Below are positions 11,857-26,320 of a stretch of DNA of 64,000 bases, piece by piece. The notes under the pieces are model-generated. The model was not told the origin of the DNA, made no database searches, and saw only the letters and a list, made by a program, of their open reading frames with translations. Source of the DNA: Epiperipatus broadwayi (Eukaryota > Animalia > Onychophora); assembly GCA_028023455.1 (NCBI GenBank), contig JAQFVV010000005.1, forward strand, positions 11,098,001-11,162,000, written 5' to 3'. The number at the start of each line of letters is the position of its first letter. Within the stretch, counting starts at the first letter, position 1. A program made the translations under genes and the position numbers.

Positions 11857-12730
11857 AATATTGTGAGATTAGATTAATACAAATGTTAGAATAATGTTCA
11901 TATAAATTTAAAAATAATGTTGTAAGATTAATAATAAAAATATAAGGTCAATCTAAGGTGTATTAAGTATGTAAGTATACATGTGTATATACGCAAACAT
12001 ACACTGATAATATTCGGTAAATACGATACCTCATGGTGCATATCTTTAAATGTATTTATCCAGATATCCTTTTAGGTTATTTTCTTGGCACTGCTGCACC
12101 TCATGATGCATGCAAAAAGGGATTCCCTGTAAGCAAGTCCAGTAATAACTCGATATCTAGGATATTAGTAGGTGTAGAATTATGCTGCATGTATACACAT
12201 GTGTAGGAATTTATCTAGAGCAAAAGGGAATGAGGGTAGTATAGAAATAGGTTTAGTTAAAGATACGTTTAGAGCTGCTGACTGGATAAATTTTAGTACC
12301 CATAACGGATTTGTCAGGGATCATTCCTCTTTCCAAAGCGTAAGTCAAAAATGGACAGTTGAAAATTCCTGCCATTTCACAGCGACCCTTTCTTTTTCCA
12401 AGTCCGATCAAGAGAATCGGCAAATGAAGTTTCAATTTTATACACGTGTAAGTCGGTGTAAGTCAGCGAATCTGCTTCCGCGTCATTTCCAAAAGATCCC
12501 TGTGCCACAAAATTAGTTTGTCCTGGTGGTTGTTATCTATGATTTAGATCATTGTGAGCAATGTATTCGGCATAGATAGAAGGAAAGGATAGTCAAAACA
12601 GATTGCCCTTTGTATGTTAAGTAAAAGATATTAAAAAGCTAACTTAGAAAAATAATAAATTAATAAATCTTTAGAGTCAAGAATTAAAATTGCAAGAGAT
12701 AAAATGGTCAAAAATGATGCATTTTACTCT

Positions 12731-12744
12731 AAAATGGAGGGGGG
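12731..12744 (+). promoter_or_regulatory. Polypurine tract
   Basis: AAAATGGAGGGGGG directly abuts the TGT start of the 3' LTR. Confidence 0.85.
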
Positions 12745-14388
12745 TGTAATGTGCCAAGGCCAATTTGGCACATGTATATAAAATAATTTTGTCTACAAAA
12801 ATTATTAAAATAAAAAATCTTTCATAAAAGAGTTTGAAATAAAAGATTAAAAGTGGGAAGGGGGTTTTCTTAAAGTCAAACTAAAAGGGTTATAAAAGAA
12901 AGTAAAGTTTTTCTAAATTAGTATTCGTAAAAATAAGTAATTTAAAATTAAAAAAAATATATAAATCTCTTTTCATTCAAGCTTATTATAATAAATTATA
13001 TATGTGTGTGTGTGTAAATAAATGTATGCGTGTTAGAATAATATTAAATATATATATATATTTAAATGAAAGTTAAAAAAGAAATTATATTTGGAATTCA
13101 CAGCGATGGCTATTAAGTTAAATAAAGATTTAAAAAAACCACATCAGCAGTGGGCTACTAATTAAAGATATAAAAACAATACGTTTATGAAAGCTAATAC
13201 TAATTAAACAATCTTCAAAAACACGTCATAGGATTAATTACTAATGGAATTTCGACAACACCTATTGCCGGAGGATATTAAAACAAAAACAATTCACATA
13301 CATAAATAGCTGGATTTTAGTTCAGTTTTTCAGTCTAGTTTGCAGGGACAGTCTTGTTTCCGTTCAGATAACAGTGCAGTCTCTATTATGTATCCCGAAA
13401 CAAAAATGCATTGTTGAGCAGCTTTTGGAAATATACGCTCATGCTTCAGCCTTTTTGTCCAACAAGATCATCAAAACCTGCTTGTGAAATAATGTCTACA
13501 TAACAACTCGGAAATCCTCAGTCAAACATTCAACTGTCTTCAAGAATAAAACCAATGGATTCGCATAAAATCTCTTCAAGAAACGTCCCAATCTAACCGG
13601 TTAGATATACTCCATGAGAAGCAGCCAACGACAAGCAATATCCATGTTCCAAAAATCCTAGGTAAACATTTTATTATTATCATTTATACATAGTAGCCAC
13701 CACTGTAATTTGTCAATCTTACAGAGTAAAGTAGTTTGAACTCTTAAGCATGCATAAAATGAACTATTGATGTGTGTGTGTGGGAATGTAAAATAATTTA
13801 ATGATGTCACATATTATTTATGCTTTTCACCAGATATGTTATAATGTGTTAATTTAAAAATGTGCGTGTATTAAATTAGATTATCAAGATGTTTAAATTT
13901 AGTAAATTAATGTTGGTTTATAAATTATCTTTAAAACTTAATTAATGTTGATTAAAATAAATTGTCTTCAAACTTAAACTTTATTTGTCGATCAATTCTT
14001 TTTACCAATCTTTTTATTAATTCTTTCCACCCATAATTTTGTATAATTTTGTTATTGAATTAAAATTAGACTGAGCTAGTTTTAGGGAATGTTTCGAGCG
14101 CTGGATTATGAGCCTATTGCCCGAATACATTAGTCATCAGACTAGCTGGCGCCCCGTGGTTTACCCCGAAACAAATAAAGTATTTGGATAGTAAGGGTTT
14201 GAATCTAGAAGCCGAGATGGGCCATTGTTGATAGTTAGTCTAGCAATAAGATCTCCCATTTTGCTCGAATGTGCCGGTTCATTCACGTAACATTTATAGG
14301 ATTATAAATGTATTATGAAGGAGTTTGAAACCGGCCAAAACTTATATATACATATAAGTAAGTGGTTTTAGCGGTTCGACCCGGTACA
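12745..14388 (+). repeat. 3' LTR
   Basis: TGTAATGTGCC...CCGGTACA termini; direct repeat of 10042-11664. Confidence 0.9.
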
Positions 14389-16749
14389 TTATTTATATTT
14401 TTTATGTATAGCTATGTACGGAAATAGTCAAGTGATGTTTAAGCACAATAAGTGACAGAATATTTCTTTTAATTAATTAAAATAATATAATGTATATTTT
14501 TTGTGTAAATCAATCCAGACGAACTGTAGCCTTGATTTGCCAACTTACCACTATGTCATAGTAATAGTAACAACAACAATAATAATACAGTCTTTGAATA
14601 GCCTACTGCATGGTAAAGGTTTCTCTATTAGTCCTTCACAAAAAATCAGTGAAGAAGGCAGTTCTCCTTAAACTTTCTTAATGCTAATAGTAAGAGCTTG
14701 AGCAATTTTTCCTTCTTGTTTTTTCCTCTATCTAAGAATGGATAGATACCCATTTATTGATCAATACTTTGGTTAGCTGGCTAGATGGTTATGGACAGAT
14801 ATCTGACAAAGAACTTCCAAATCTGTTGAAAAAATTTTAAGTTTGCTTGGGCCAAATTAAAGATGCTCTACCATTGCCAAATAACAATAAATTGTGTTAA
14901 ATCTTATTAATAATTTTTTTAATATGTATTTACTCATCAACATTTTTTTAATTCCATAATATTTTGATTACAAATATTAATGCTATAATAAATTGTCAAC
15001 ACATTAGTTTTTAACTTGAATGTGTCATAAGTTACATGTTTCAACAATTACAATCACTATCCAAATGTACTTTATACTAGAAGCTATAACATATGTTATT
15101 TTTGCAAGATATAAATGAAGTATCTAAACCATAATTAGTTTTAAATTACAATAAAATCTACCAACATGTCCTAAACTTTTTTCCACTCTTATTTTATTGC
15201 TTTTGTTAAAAAGATATAAAAACACATTTCCCATTTTATACTTTTCATAATGTTTTTTATTGAAAAAAAAAAGCTATAATTTTGAAAAAAAATTCTGGAA
15301 AAGATTGCTATTCAATCAAAACTATTGTCAATAAGAAAACATTGTAAAAAAAAAAAAAGCATAATAAAGAGTATGTTTTTTTTTTTTTTTTGTAAACATC
15401 ACAATCTTCTTAAAATACAAAGTATAAAAATGTTTTGGAATTAAGATTAAATTATTTTGTCAATATTATTTACAATTGGAATGGATTTCATTTACTCTTT
15501 GCGTAATAAAAATAATTTATTAATATGAACAGTAACTAATGTTTTAATGAGAGATGGATATAAATTTTAAAAAGCATTTTAAAATCAAAGTTATTAATTG
15601 GTTAACCTTATTTTAAAATAGTAGTATTCTAAACATTTATACTTCTCTTCCAGAAACATGTAATATTTTAGTATTTTTCTAAAAAAAACAATATTGCATC
15701 CATTTTTAATATTTTAAACATAAAACTTGATTTTTGATTTGTAAAGATAATAAAATAATAATGAATTTAATGCACTTAGATATTGCCTAATATAGAAATA
15801 GATTATTTTCAGAATAATTTTGCATGAAAAATCACATTTTACAATATATTTTGTTTGTGTGGAAGAGCTGATAGTACCTACACACTATTACAGTGAGATT
15901 TTCCTAACTGAATTGATGGATTTTTAAAAAATATCCCATTATGGAAAAAATATATATATAAAAGAAATAGAGACAAGGTAGTAAGAAAGTCTCTAATTTT
16001 AATTCAATTTCTCTTATCTATAGTTTCTGCTTAATATTTCAGGAAATTATCTTATTTATCCGTATTACACATAATAATCACAAACACTTTGAAAACAACT
16101 TCTTGTTTAGCTATTGTTCTCGTCTAATGACTTTCTTATCTCATTTTCATTTCAGTATCTTTTTTTAAAGATATCAGTAATACTTGATTGTCTCTGATAC
16201 ATTGATTCTTGTTTAATTTTAGATAATATGTTCCCATCTGATCAAAATATTTGTTATCTTCTTTTAATATTTTCAATCTTTTTTACCCAAAGTTCATTGA
16301 AAAATCTGATATTTAAGTAATGTATATATTGTAAAAAAAGTCTTAAATAATTCTCTTATAAAAACCTTTCCATATTTCTCTGCAGAGGCTAAGGAGAAGA
16401 CATCTCATTAGGCTAGTCAACTTACAGATAATGATAATAATTGGGACAGGGTTGTCAGTGATTCTTTATTATTGTTCTCTTTAAGATAATATACCCATTT
16501 ACTTAGTAATAATAAAATTCATAACTTGGTTGTCTAGTTGAAAACCTACATGAAAATGATTGCCTGAATTTAAAGTTTTAATTTATAGTAGAATAAAATG
16601 TTTTGATGCAACATGCAGAATAAGAGGAATATTATTTCCAGCTAATTAAAAAGCAAATTACTATTAGAGAAAATAGAAGTAATGAAAAAAATAGGAAGAG
16701 TCTATGAAGTGATTTGTGTGAGTGAAATAGAAAAGCTTCATCCGTGTTT

Positions 16750-18040
16750 ATAGGAGAGGGTAGTGCATTATTTAAAATGATTTGTATAATAATGGATGAG
16801 ATAGCAAAGGCTTTAATTGATATGAAGTCAAGAAAAACATGGAAAAATCATAAAATTTTATTTGAATTATTAAATATTTTGAGAAGAGTGACTGAGGACA
16901 GAATAACATTTTAATGTGGTAAAAGAGAACAACAAATTTTTAGCAGCTGTGATTTCTTTAGAATGGATTGTACAGTAGAATGTGAACACTTAAAAACAAA
17001 AACAGGTAAACTTTTATTGAAAGTTTTAGGTAGACATTACTCTTAGGTAAGACATATTTTCACATAAAAAGCAATTTGGATAGAATGAATAAAGGGAAAG
17101 AAATGAAATAGGGATAAGTTCTTTTGTCAAGATATCTAGAAAATGCAAGGAAAGTTAATATTTAATTTTCTTGGTCTTGAAATGGTTTTTCGATTTTGTT
17201 GGATATTGAAAAAAAAAAAGTAAATTGCAAGAGAAATAATAATTATAAAATTTATTCAAAATCAAAAACATCTGTAAGATTAAATAGTCTTAGAGAAAAT
17301 ATTTCATACTCTTTCATTGTTTTATATTGCTCATATTAAATAAATGTTAAAAATATTATTTTTTTCTGTAGACTTTCCACATTTCTTTTATTCAATTATA
17401 TGGCAGTTTCAATAAAACTGGTAGATTACTGAATTTAATAAAAAGCATTATGACACATATAAAGAAGTAAATATAGGGAATTTGAACTCAGACTACATGA
17501 CCAACACACATGTAGAAAAGATAAACAATCACCAACATATGTATTTTGTGCTGAACCAGCACTCATCAGTTGATCCAGATTACCATCTCCCACACATATA
17601 TACAATCAGTGCTCAATTCTTTATACTTTAATGAACAGGCTTTAATCTACCCCCAGCTCTTCAGCCATCCATACCATTGGAAAATCTGATGATAGAATGC
17701 CCAAATCTCATGCTTATGCTAATATTGTTCTCATGCCCATATTGACCTCAAGTCACTCTGACCCCTCATGTATAGGACAGTATGGCAGATAGACATGAGG
17801 AGAGATAGTGATGTTCCTATATCTGATGTTTTATTTAAAATTTAATTAAGAAAACTTAATTAATGGGCTTTGATAAGGATAGTGTTAGCATTGGGAATAG
17901 GAAGGTCTATTGCTTTTTCTGATAATATGGTAGTGTTTGCAGATACTGTGAACAAACTAAACAAAATATAAATTAGAATTGATGAGTTTTATTGAAAACT
18001 TGGTATGAAAATCACTTCAAACCCATATAATGTAATAGTA
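16750..18040 (+). mobile_element. Heavily decayed LINE RT remnant with an internal insertion
   Basis: Near 17810-18010 the frame SVSIGNRKVY/F(S)DNMVVFADT resembles the RT region around the YADD motif. The rest is barely readable and boundaries are approximate. Confidence 0.4.
17531..17574 (-). ncRNA. Degenerate orphan hammerhead motif
   Basis: AUCAA-CUGAUGA-GUGCUG-GUU-CAGCAC-AAAA-UACAUAU-G-UUGGU. It has a 6-bp stem II and a 5-bp stem I. Lesions are G12A and G at position 17. Confidence 0.55.
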
Positions 18041-18051
18041 AAAAAACACAA

Positions 18052-18160
18052 GGTTTTATTACTTGGAAGTTCATAAGAAGTTCAAGTGCTAGAACTGTAA
18101 GTGCCATAATTGATCTCAGAACCTCCAAGTCAGACACTCTGCTAACTGTGCCAAACCATA
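18052..18160 (-). mobile_element. tRNA-derived SINE-like repeat (copy 1)
   Basis: A-box-like TGGCACAGTTAG head. The tail TTCTAGCACTTGAACTTCTTATGAACTTCCAAGTAATAAA matches 39826-39916. Confidence 0.5.
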
Positions 18161-20219
18161 CCACTGTATGAAATGTAATGATTATAGTTGAAGATAATTA
18201 GGACTAAAAGTGATATTTAGGTAGGAAGTTTTGGAGTATATTTACCATAGCATTAAAAAAATTTAGAGTAAGAATTGTAATATCTAACAAGCTTTGATAT
18301 GAACATGAAGTTAATTCGCCATCTTGTGAAGTTGGAGTTAAGAAAAAAAGGTATATATTTTGTTTGGAATGTGGATTTAAATGAAGAAGACACTTGGGCA
18401 ATTAAAAAAATAGATTTTTGAATTGTGAATATAAAGTATAGAAAAGATATATTGGTATATTAGTATTTTCAATGATGTAATGTTAAAAAATTTAAGCAAA
18501 AGCAGATTATTTCTTGGAGAAATTATCAAGTGGAAGTGAAATTGGATTGGATATATATTTTGAGGTAGAGAAGTTATGAAGAACTTTATCTCCATGAAAA
18601 ATAAAACAAACAGAAGAAAGATAATCTAAAAGAAGTAGTTATGAACATCTAAAAATTAAATCAATGGTCAGAAAGAACTGAAAGAGAATTGTAGCATATA
18701 TATGCAGAGCCTATAGATTTTAGCAGCTAAATAATTATGGAGATGCACTGGATTAGTATACAGCAATGTTTAGAAAAACATGTAAGAGGATTATTTTAGT
18801 AGTTAAGATATGATAATATTGTCAGATTAATATAAATTGTCATAAAAGCTTGAAAGAAAACTTGTAATGTTTAATATGTATGAAATTATGATTACATTAA
18901 AAGAAGAAAAAATGGCAAAATGTTTTCTTTTTCATTAATATTTTAAAAGATTATTTTTTTTAAAGAAGCAGTTGTTAACTCTCAAATCTAATATTTAAAA
19001 AAAAACGATTGTAATTCTTAAGTTTCGAATTTGGGTTTTATTTATTCAATTTGTTGATTTTTACTGGTTATTGGAAGAAACAAAGAGTGGAATGTAGCAA
19101 TTTTTAAAACTAATTCTCATCTTGAAGATATTTCACTTAATGATTAACTATCTTGGTATCTTTCTATTATTTTTTTTTTTTTTTACTTGGTAAAAATTTA
19201 ATGGCACTTATATAGTAATATATATAATTAAACGTTTTCAGAGCAAATTTATTACATATAATGAAAAATATTCATATATATTTAATTATGGATACATAAC
19301 TTTATAAAAAAAATCTTCCATGCAAATACTAACTGGAGAACTATATAATGATATTATAATGTAAACATAATGTTATCCAAATTCACTTATCTTCATAATA
19401 CCTGATATCATTGCTCAATAATTCACAGAAAACAGATGAGATGCAACTTTCTCTGCTTGTAGATAATAGATTAGGCATATATAAGCAATGAAAAACAAAT
19501 GCAAAATTAATATTAACCATGATAAAGGTGGGTCTCACCTTGGTGTTTTAATGATCAATGATTCCAGGCAGTTAAATGATTGATTTGGATAATGTTATGT
19601 GTATTATAATCTTTGTATAGTTAAGATTTTCCATTTCACATGTATGTTTTATATATATTGTGAATTGTGGTATAATTATGAGATAATTAAAATTAATAAT
19701 TGTTTTATTTTATCTTGATAGTTTAAATTTAGACTGATTTATATATGGTTCTTTTATCTTGGTTAATGTAAATTTTGTGTTTGTTTCCTTTTGCTATATA
19801 TAATCTTTGGAAAAAAATAGGGTTGTCAACTTTTTTGTTTATTTCTGAGCGATGATGCCAGATGGCATAAACTTGCCTATTTTGGATAACATTATGTATA
19901 CTAAAAACGTGTCATATTTCATCTGGCTGATAAATTAATGTTGACAAAGATATGCTTATAAGCATCAGAGCTCCAAGAATAGGTGAATTCATTGTATTGT
20001 TGATGCTTTAGTCAACAATAAGTGCTTTTAATTTATAGCTGGGAGAAGGTGATTTACTCCATTTGTTTACACATACACTGAGCTATGTTTAATTTAAAGA
20101 TTATTATAAAACAGTATTTGAATATAGAAACAATAAAACTTAATTGTCTCTGAAATTTTTGAGTAAAACAATTTTAAGAGATAGAAGTCTGTTAAATATG
20201 TTTCTGATAGATAAATATG

Positions 20220-20281
20220 TATCACATGATCACCATTTATTATAACTTATTAAAACAGGCAAAACTCCCCATACAGTATTC
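20220..20281 (-). repeat. FB-A terminal fragment
   Basis: ATCACATGATCACCATTT...AAAACAGGCAAAACTCCCCATACAGTA. Confidence 0.65.
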
Positions 20282-23200
20282 ATCATTAACTACTATAATT
20301 AGCAATATACATAATAGACATAGTAAAATTATAATACATCAGGAGCAAAAAAAAAAGTGTATTTATAAACAGCATATTCAAAGTAACTAACACAAAATGC
20401 ATCTAGAATAAAAATAAAAATGCTTACAAAATATCTTAAGCAGTAGATTAAACATGAAAGTGATTTTCAAAATAGTCAGCATAATAAATGCTAATTACAT
20501 TTTTGCTTAAAAACAACCAGTAACTAGATTATGACTAGAGCAAACAATCTTAATCCATAAGATAAATAGAATGCTGCCTGAACAAGAGTCAGTCAATCTC
20601 AGCTAAATTAAAAGAAGTGAAGATCAAATTAGATAAGAATAATTTATACCAAAATTATCATTTTTTTGTATTAAGAAGTATGTAATTAAAATGAAACATT
20701 AATTTTTTAGACTCATCAAAAAGAGTCTTATACAAAATTATATGCTCTACAAGTTAATTCCAATATCTGAAACAGGAATATTTATTTCACTACACAATAA
20801 AAATCTAAAAAACAAAATTTGCTTTCTTTCATGATAGAAGTATATGATTTTTTAAAATTAATTAGTAAAAAATAAATAAAAATGTTTATATGATAATAAC
20901 AGTCCCTGGTATAGAACTACCAATTCGAAGGAAGCTACAAAATTAAACTACTACACATATGGTTTTCTATATTTTCTTTATTTAATCAATTAGTTTCCAA
21001 TAATTACATTAAGCTTTCATGTTTCAGCCAGGATCTAATAGAAATATATATATACACATTTCAATTTTACTGCCAATATTTTGCATATTTAGTTGAATGT
21101 TACTGTAAAGATAGCAAATAATACTTTTCTTGTTGTACTATAACATATCTTCGACCAAACTAAATGAAGTTCAATTTCTCTTGAGTTTTTTTTTTAATTT
21201 GAAGCATTAAAATGAAAAATATACATCCAATTGATTAAAGATTGCTGATTTCTAGAAAATAGGGATTAATGCTATTAATAATTGTAACCAGAAATATTTT
21301 AGATCGGAATGAAATTGTTGACATCAACTGAATTATTGAATGAGAAAAATTTAACATAAATGAAATTTCAATTAAAACTATTTTTACTTATAATCTACCC
21401 AAGTTAAATTTTTTATGGTATTATTAAATATACTGTAGAATATTCCATGTTATTGGCGAGATCCTCACTTCTACAAGACACTGGACTATTTTTTTATGCC
21501 TGAAGATAACTAAATTTAAAAAGGACAATGGATATGAGACAAAAACAAATGAAAACATTTTGAACAAAAATGATGCTTTTAAATTTAGAAGCAACAATTG
21601 TAGTAAGCAATTTTTTTAAAAAATAAACATGTCTGAGTCTGAATTTGAACCTATCACAAAATAAAAACCACCAGGCAGTCCCCTTCATTCAATGTACTAT
21701 CCAATAAAATGTCTAGCCATCTACATGCTTAATTAAACTTTCTTCCTCTGCAAAATGAGTTTCATAATGAATAGCTGTATTAATCTAAACTTCCTAGATA
21801 ACAGTGTTATGATTACTAAAAATAATGAATAAAATAATCTGAATTTCTTCACAGAACTAAAATCAAGTTTTATAGAACAATCACAAAATATAAATTACAT
21901 TGCTTGTTTGTTTTTCTTTTTTTAATCTTCAAATCATCACTTATGAAATTAAAAAATGCAAACAAAAGATGATTATTTGTTGCTAATAAAAAATTATTTT
22001 TCATTAATGCACTAAAAAAATTTACTGCTGCTATTCGACCAAAAACACTTTATTTACAATGAGAAAACAGGAATGTCATTATTAATTGCTTTCAGAAATA
22101 TCTGTTTCATTTTTTTTATTCAAAATTCAATTGTTAACATAAGTTTTCAATATAAATAAAAACCAAATTAATTTAACATATTTTTCATTTCAATTTTTTC
22201 CCAATGTTTTGACAATATTATATAAGAATTATCAAGGATTATTTCTATATTATATATTTATATAACATAATGACATAAAGTATAATGTTTGAAACATTGA
22301 AAGGAAAATTTACATAAAAAATTGTTCATAAATGAAAGATTTGAAATGAAAAAATGTGTTAACTTGGTTATATATATACTGTAACTACTTTGGGTTAGAT
22401 ATGTTTTAAAGCATTAAAAATTTATTTTATACGATTATAATAAGTAAATTTCTTTATCTGTACTATTATAATAAAAATCTTAAGTTATGTGTTTCAATAA
22501 TATGAGTTAAAGCAATTCAGTTAGCCTATTTAACTATCTGAAAAAGTATCATAAATTGTTTAATATTTACTTGAAAAAATAAAATTAATATTTTAAAAAT
22601 TAAAGAAGAGTTAATCTAGGGCTTAATGTTTCAAATAGATATAATAAATAATGTTATTTTATGCTGTCTGAAATGATATTAATTTTGTTAGGATTTTTAG
22701 TTGCTGATTTTTTAAAATAAAGGTTTAAGAGTAATAGTTATGATTTATTAAATATGAATTTATATGAGAGGATTTAAAATTAGACTTTAAAAATAGTAAA
22801 TATAACTAAGATTAGTGTTAATTTTTAAATTAATCTTAATGTCAGTCAATAGTTAATTTATTTTCATTCTATTAAAAATGGCTATATTTAATGTACATGT
22901 GTGTTTGGAGCATGCATCTAAAATATTAAAAGTTAAAAAGATTTATTAAAAGTAATGTGTATTTTAAAATTGGGTACATCTACAATGTTAAAAAGTTTTA
23001 GTTAGGATAAAATAAATTACATAAATTGAAAATAGTATATTTAATAAAAATAATTTTTAATTTGAAAATCAATTAATAATTTTATTAAATAATTAATTTG
23101 ATAAATTAGAGTTGATAAAAATCATTAATTAACAAAGTTCATTTATTATCTAGACAGTTATATGATTAAATTGTCTGAATTTAAAGTGCAAAGTCAATGC

Positions 23201-26200
23201 CAGATCAATTAAAGTCAATAATGTGCTATTAACACCTGTAAATGATTGGTTTGATAAAAATAAATTGCAGTAAAAATCTGGTGCATGGCTGGGAAGAAAA
23301 TAAACACATATAAAATAAACACCAAATTTTATTGACACTTCATTTAAAATCTGCACTTCAAATTTCAACTTTATTTTAGTTGTGAAGTCAATTGTTTGGT
23401 TTTTATTTAACAATTTTTTTAAAAATCAGCTTAAAAGTTTAAGTTGTATTTTTATCATTTTCATGATTGAGTAGAGAACTAGCAAGTCATCCATGAAGTA
23501 TTTCTTCTGAAAGCACATGCTAAACTGATTAAGAAATTCTAATGTATTTTCAAAGAAGCCAAAGGAAGAGAATTCTTGTAAAAAAAGTGTTATTTCATTC
23601 TTATCTAAACATTAGTTAAATTCTGAAGTTTACTATAAGACTATCTCTGGCACATTTTAACTAACTTTCAATAACTAACTTTCAAATAGTTAATACTAAT
23701 TGTTACTAAAATAGTCAATCTATTTATATCAAGATCAGATGTAGAATGATGAACTTCTATAAAAATTTTGTCTATAAATGCAGTGACAATTATTTAAAAT
23801 TGTCTTATAAAATTATCATAAAAGGCAAATTTATAAAAACCAATCTTTTAATTATTATAATGAAGACTATATCTAGATTGTTTTATGCTAAAACAAATAG
23901 TTATTCATCTCAAGTTTACTTATTCATTTGAATATTTTTTTTAATTGCTGATTGTTTCAAATAAATTATATTTAGAAAATGAATAAATATAATTTAAGTT
24001 TACAGTAGTCAACATATAATAATAAAACTTCATAAAGAACAATTTTAAATAAATTATTCTGTTTATTGCCATTAAAAATGTGTTTTGAAAGCAAGTGTTT
24101 ACTCTTAGAATTATCTACTGTCAACTCTTGCCATTATTTTGAAGGTGTGACATTTTATTTGCAAATATATTTCATGAAATTTTATTATAAATCCTCATCT
24201 TTATATCTGCTTTACTTTAGTAAAAAACAATATGTTCATGTGTCACTTCAAGAAAAAAACAAAAGAAATTAAATGAGATCATTTTCCTTATAAAAAGGAA
24301 AAGAATTGTTAATCTCTAAGATGGTATTATAGTTATCATGTATATATTATTTATATTCAAAATTATTATAGCTATAATTTATGTATTATGATTATTAATT
24401 ACATAATAAATGTGTATGAATAGTGTTCCAGATGTGAAATTGGTGAGATATACAGTAGGTTTTATTTTGTGTATTAATTGTATTATTCCAGTTTTCTGAA
24501 TGATTAGTTGAAAATTGTAAATAATTATATACAGAGGTATAAGAGTCTTCTGTATATTAAAAAAAGTATCTCATGGATAAAAGTATTATAAATATTTATG
24601 AAAATTTTAAATAGTTTATAAATAAAATGTCACCATTATGTAATACTACTTTTGTTGGTATACATATAATCTTAAACCAAGTGAATGAATTGTATGCCTT
24701 TTGTATGTGCATGTGAGATGAACAATTATCCATGTGTTTTTTATTATCAGTATCTCAATGCCTTCTATTAGTAGTATCTTTTGAGGCAATTTTAAGTTGA
24801 TATTATATTGCTTTCATGTGTATTTAGCCTCTCCATGAAAGAACGGCTCATTCATTCATTGGAACCACCTGCACAGTCCTAGGTGATCATTCATATTTTT
24901 GCTAGCTCATACTTCCCTTATCCACTGTTTAGAATTTCAATCCACAGGCATGTTCAGCTTCACAATTTATTATTAGCACCACTATAATTTTTTTATTTAA
25001 AGTATATTATCAGTGTTGAACATATTTCCTCACCCCAACATAGATATTGTTAATGTTATAATTGTCTTATATTGCATATTTATTGCTACCATATTAATAT
25101 TTATTAAGCATCTCGACACTGATTTTCAATACTGTTTTTAATTAAGAAATGTATATAATATATATTAGTAGCCTGGACAAAAACATATAGATATATTGTT
25201 TTATGTTATGTATACTGGATTTGAAATAAAGACCATATTTTATAAATGAGAGAACTATTGGATAGTAAATATCACATGTGATAAAATTGTAACAGTGTAC
25301 ACCAATGTATAAAGTTATTAATATTATAAATAAATATTTTAATTATATGGATTATTATATATTGTAAATACATATTTTAATTAAATATATTTGTTTTATT
25401 GATATTATATCATTGCACATCTATTTATCAGAAAATTTACTTTAATAAAATTTGCATTAATAATTAAATTTTTAAGAGTACATTTCCATGATCACATAGT
25501 GTTTATATGTTCATTTTGCTTAATAATTATTTAATTATTCCATCTGCATTTTTAGAAGAAACATGTTATATTATTTACTTCATTTCAAATGCATTTGTTG
25601 TGTAGCTGGCAGCATAAAAGAAATCCTTACTGCCTTCTATATTATTTTTAATATTCTTATTCAAATTTGCATCAGAAAATATAAGATTTCTGTATTTTAT
25701 GGTCAGTAGAAGTGAAATAATTATATTTAAATAATTGTAAAATATTGCAAAATATTTTTCAAGTTACCAAATATATTACTTAAGTATTTGAATATTCTGT
25801 TATTTCATTTCTACTTTCTTAAAAAAATACTAAGGTTCTAAAATAAACTAAGAGAAATGTCAGATATTCCATGTCTAGCTTAAATAATAACCATATTCTA
25901 AGAAATTAAAATATTACCATTAACATTTTGTTCCAAGTGCATCCTATTCTGAATTTGAACTCTGAGAGCAAGATATTTCGTACTTGTAAAAGAACTTATA
26001 TTTGAGATCAAGATATTTTAAAACAAGAGATATATTTTAAAATTGAAAAGAACCTATACTGGAGCTCAAGATATTTTAAGTACTAATATAACCTATTTTG
26101 AGTTATAAAAGAACCTTGTATTTTAAAATTATATTTAACTATGGTATTATCTACAAAAGGATTCATACTCTGATGTTTTAAAAATCCATGTTATATGGCG

Positions 26201-26320
26201 CCTGTTCATGTAACCTCTGATTGCTAGCCCTTGCTTCTTTGTGTGAGTTACTATATATATATATATATAAAAGATATATTTTGTGGATTCATCCATGTTA
26301 AAAAATTTAAATATTAATAC

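Larger units (their letters stand above)
10042..14388 (+). mobile_element. Non-autonomous LTR retroelement (LARD/TRIM-like, Gypsy-type signals), no gag/pol
   Basis: Two ~1.63-kb direct repeats, a tRNA-Lys PBS after the first and a PPT before the second. The 3' LTR runs TGTA...TACA. Possible 5-bp TSD TGATT/TTATT (one mismatch, low complexity). Internal region is 1080 bp. Confidence 0.9.

Noticed and set aside
12199-12516. 105-aa ORF inside the LTR element as possible cargo gene
   Set aside because: It has no recognisable domain and overlaps an equally featureless antisense ORF. It cannot be supported without homologues.
19844-19880. GCGATGA-TGCC-AGAT-GGCA-TAAAC hammerhead-like string
   Set aside because: It has three core mismatches and no convincing stem I or stem III.
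24800-24960. Possible third GIY-YIG remnant (RSFMERLNTHE, minus strand)
   Set aside because: There is only one short motif with adjacent stops, which cannot be separated from chance by eye.
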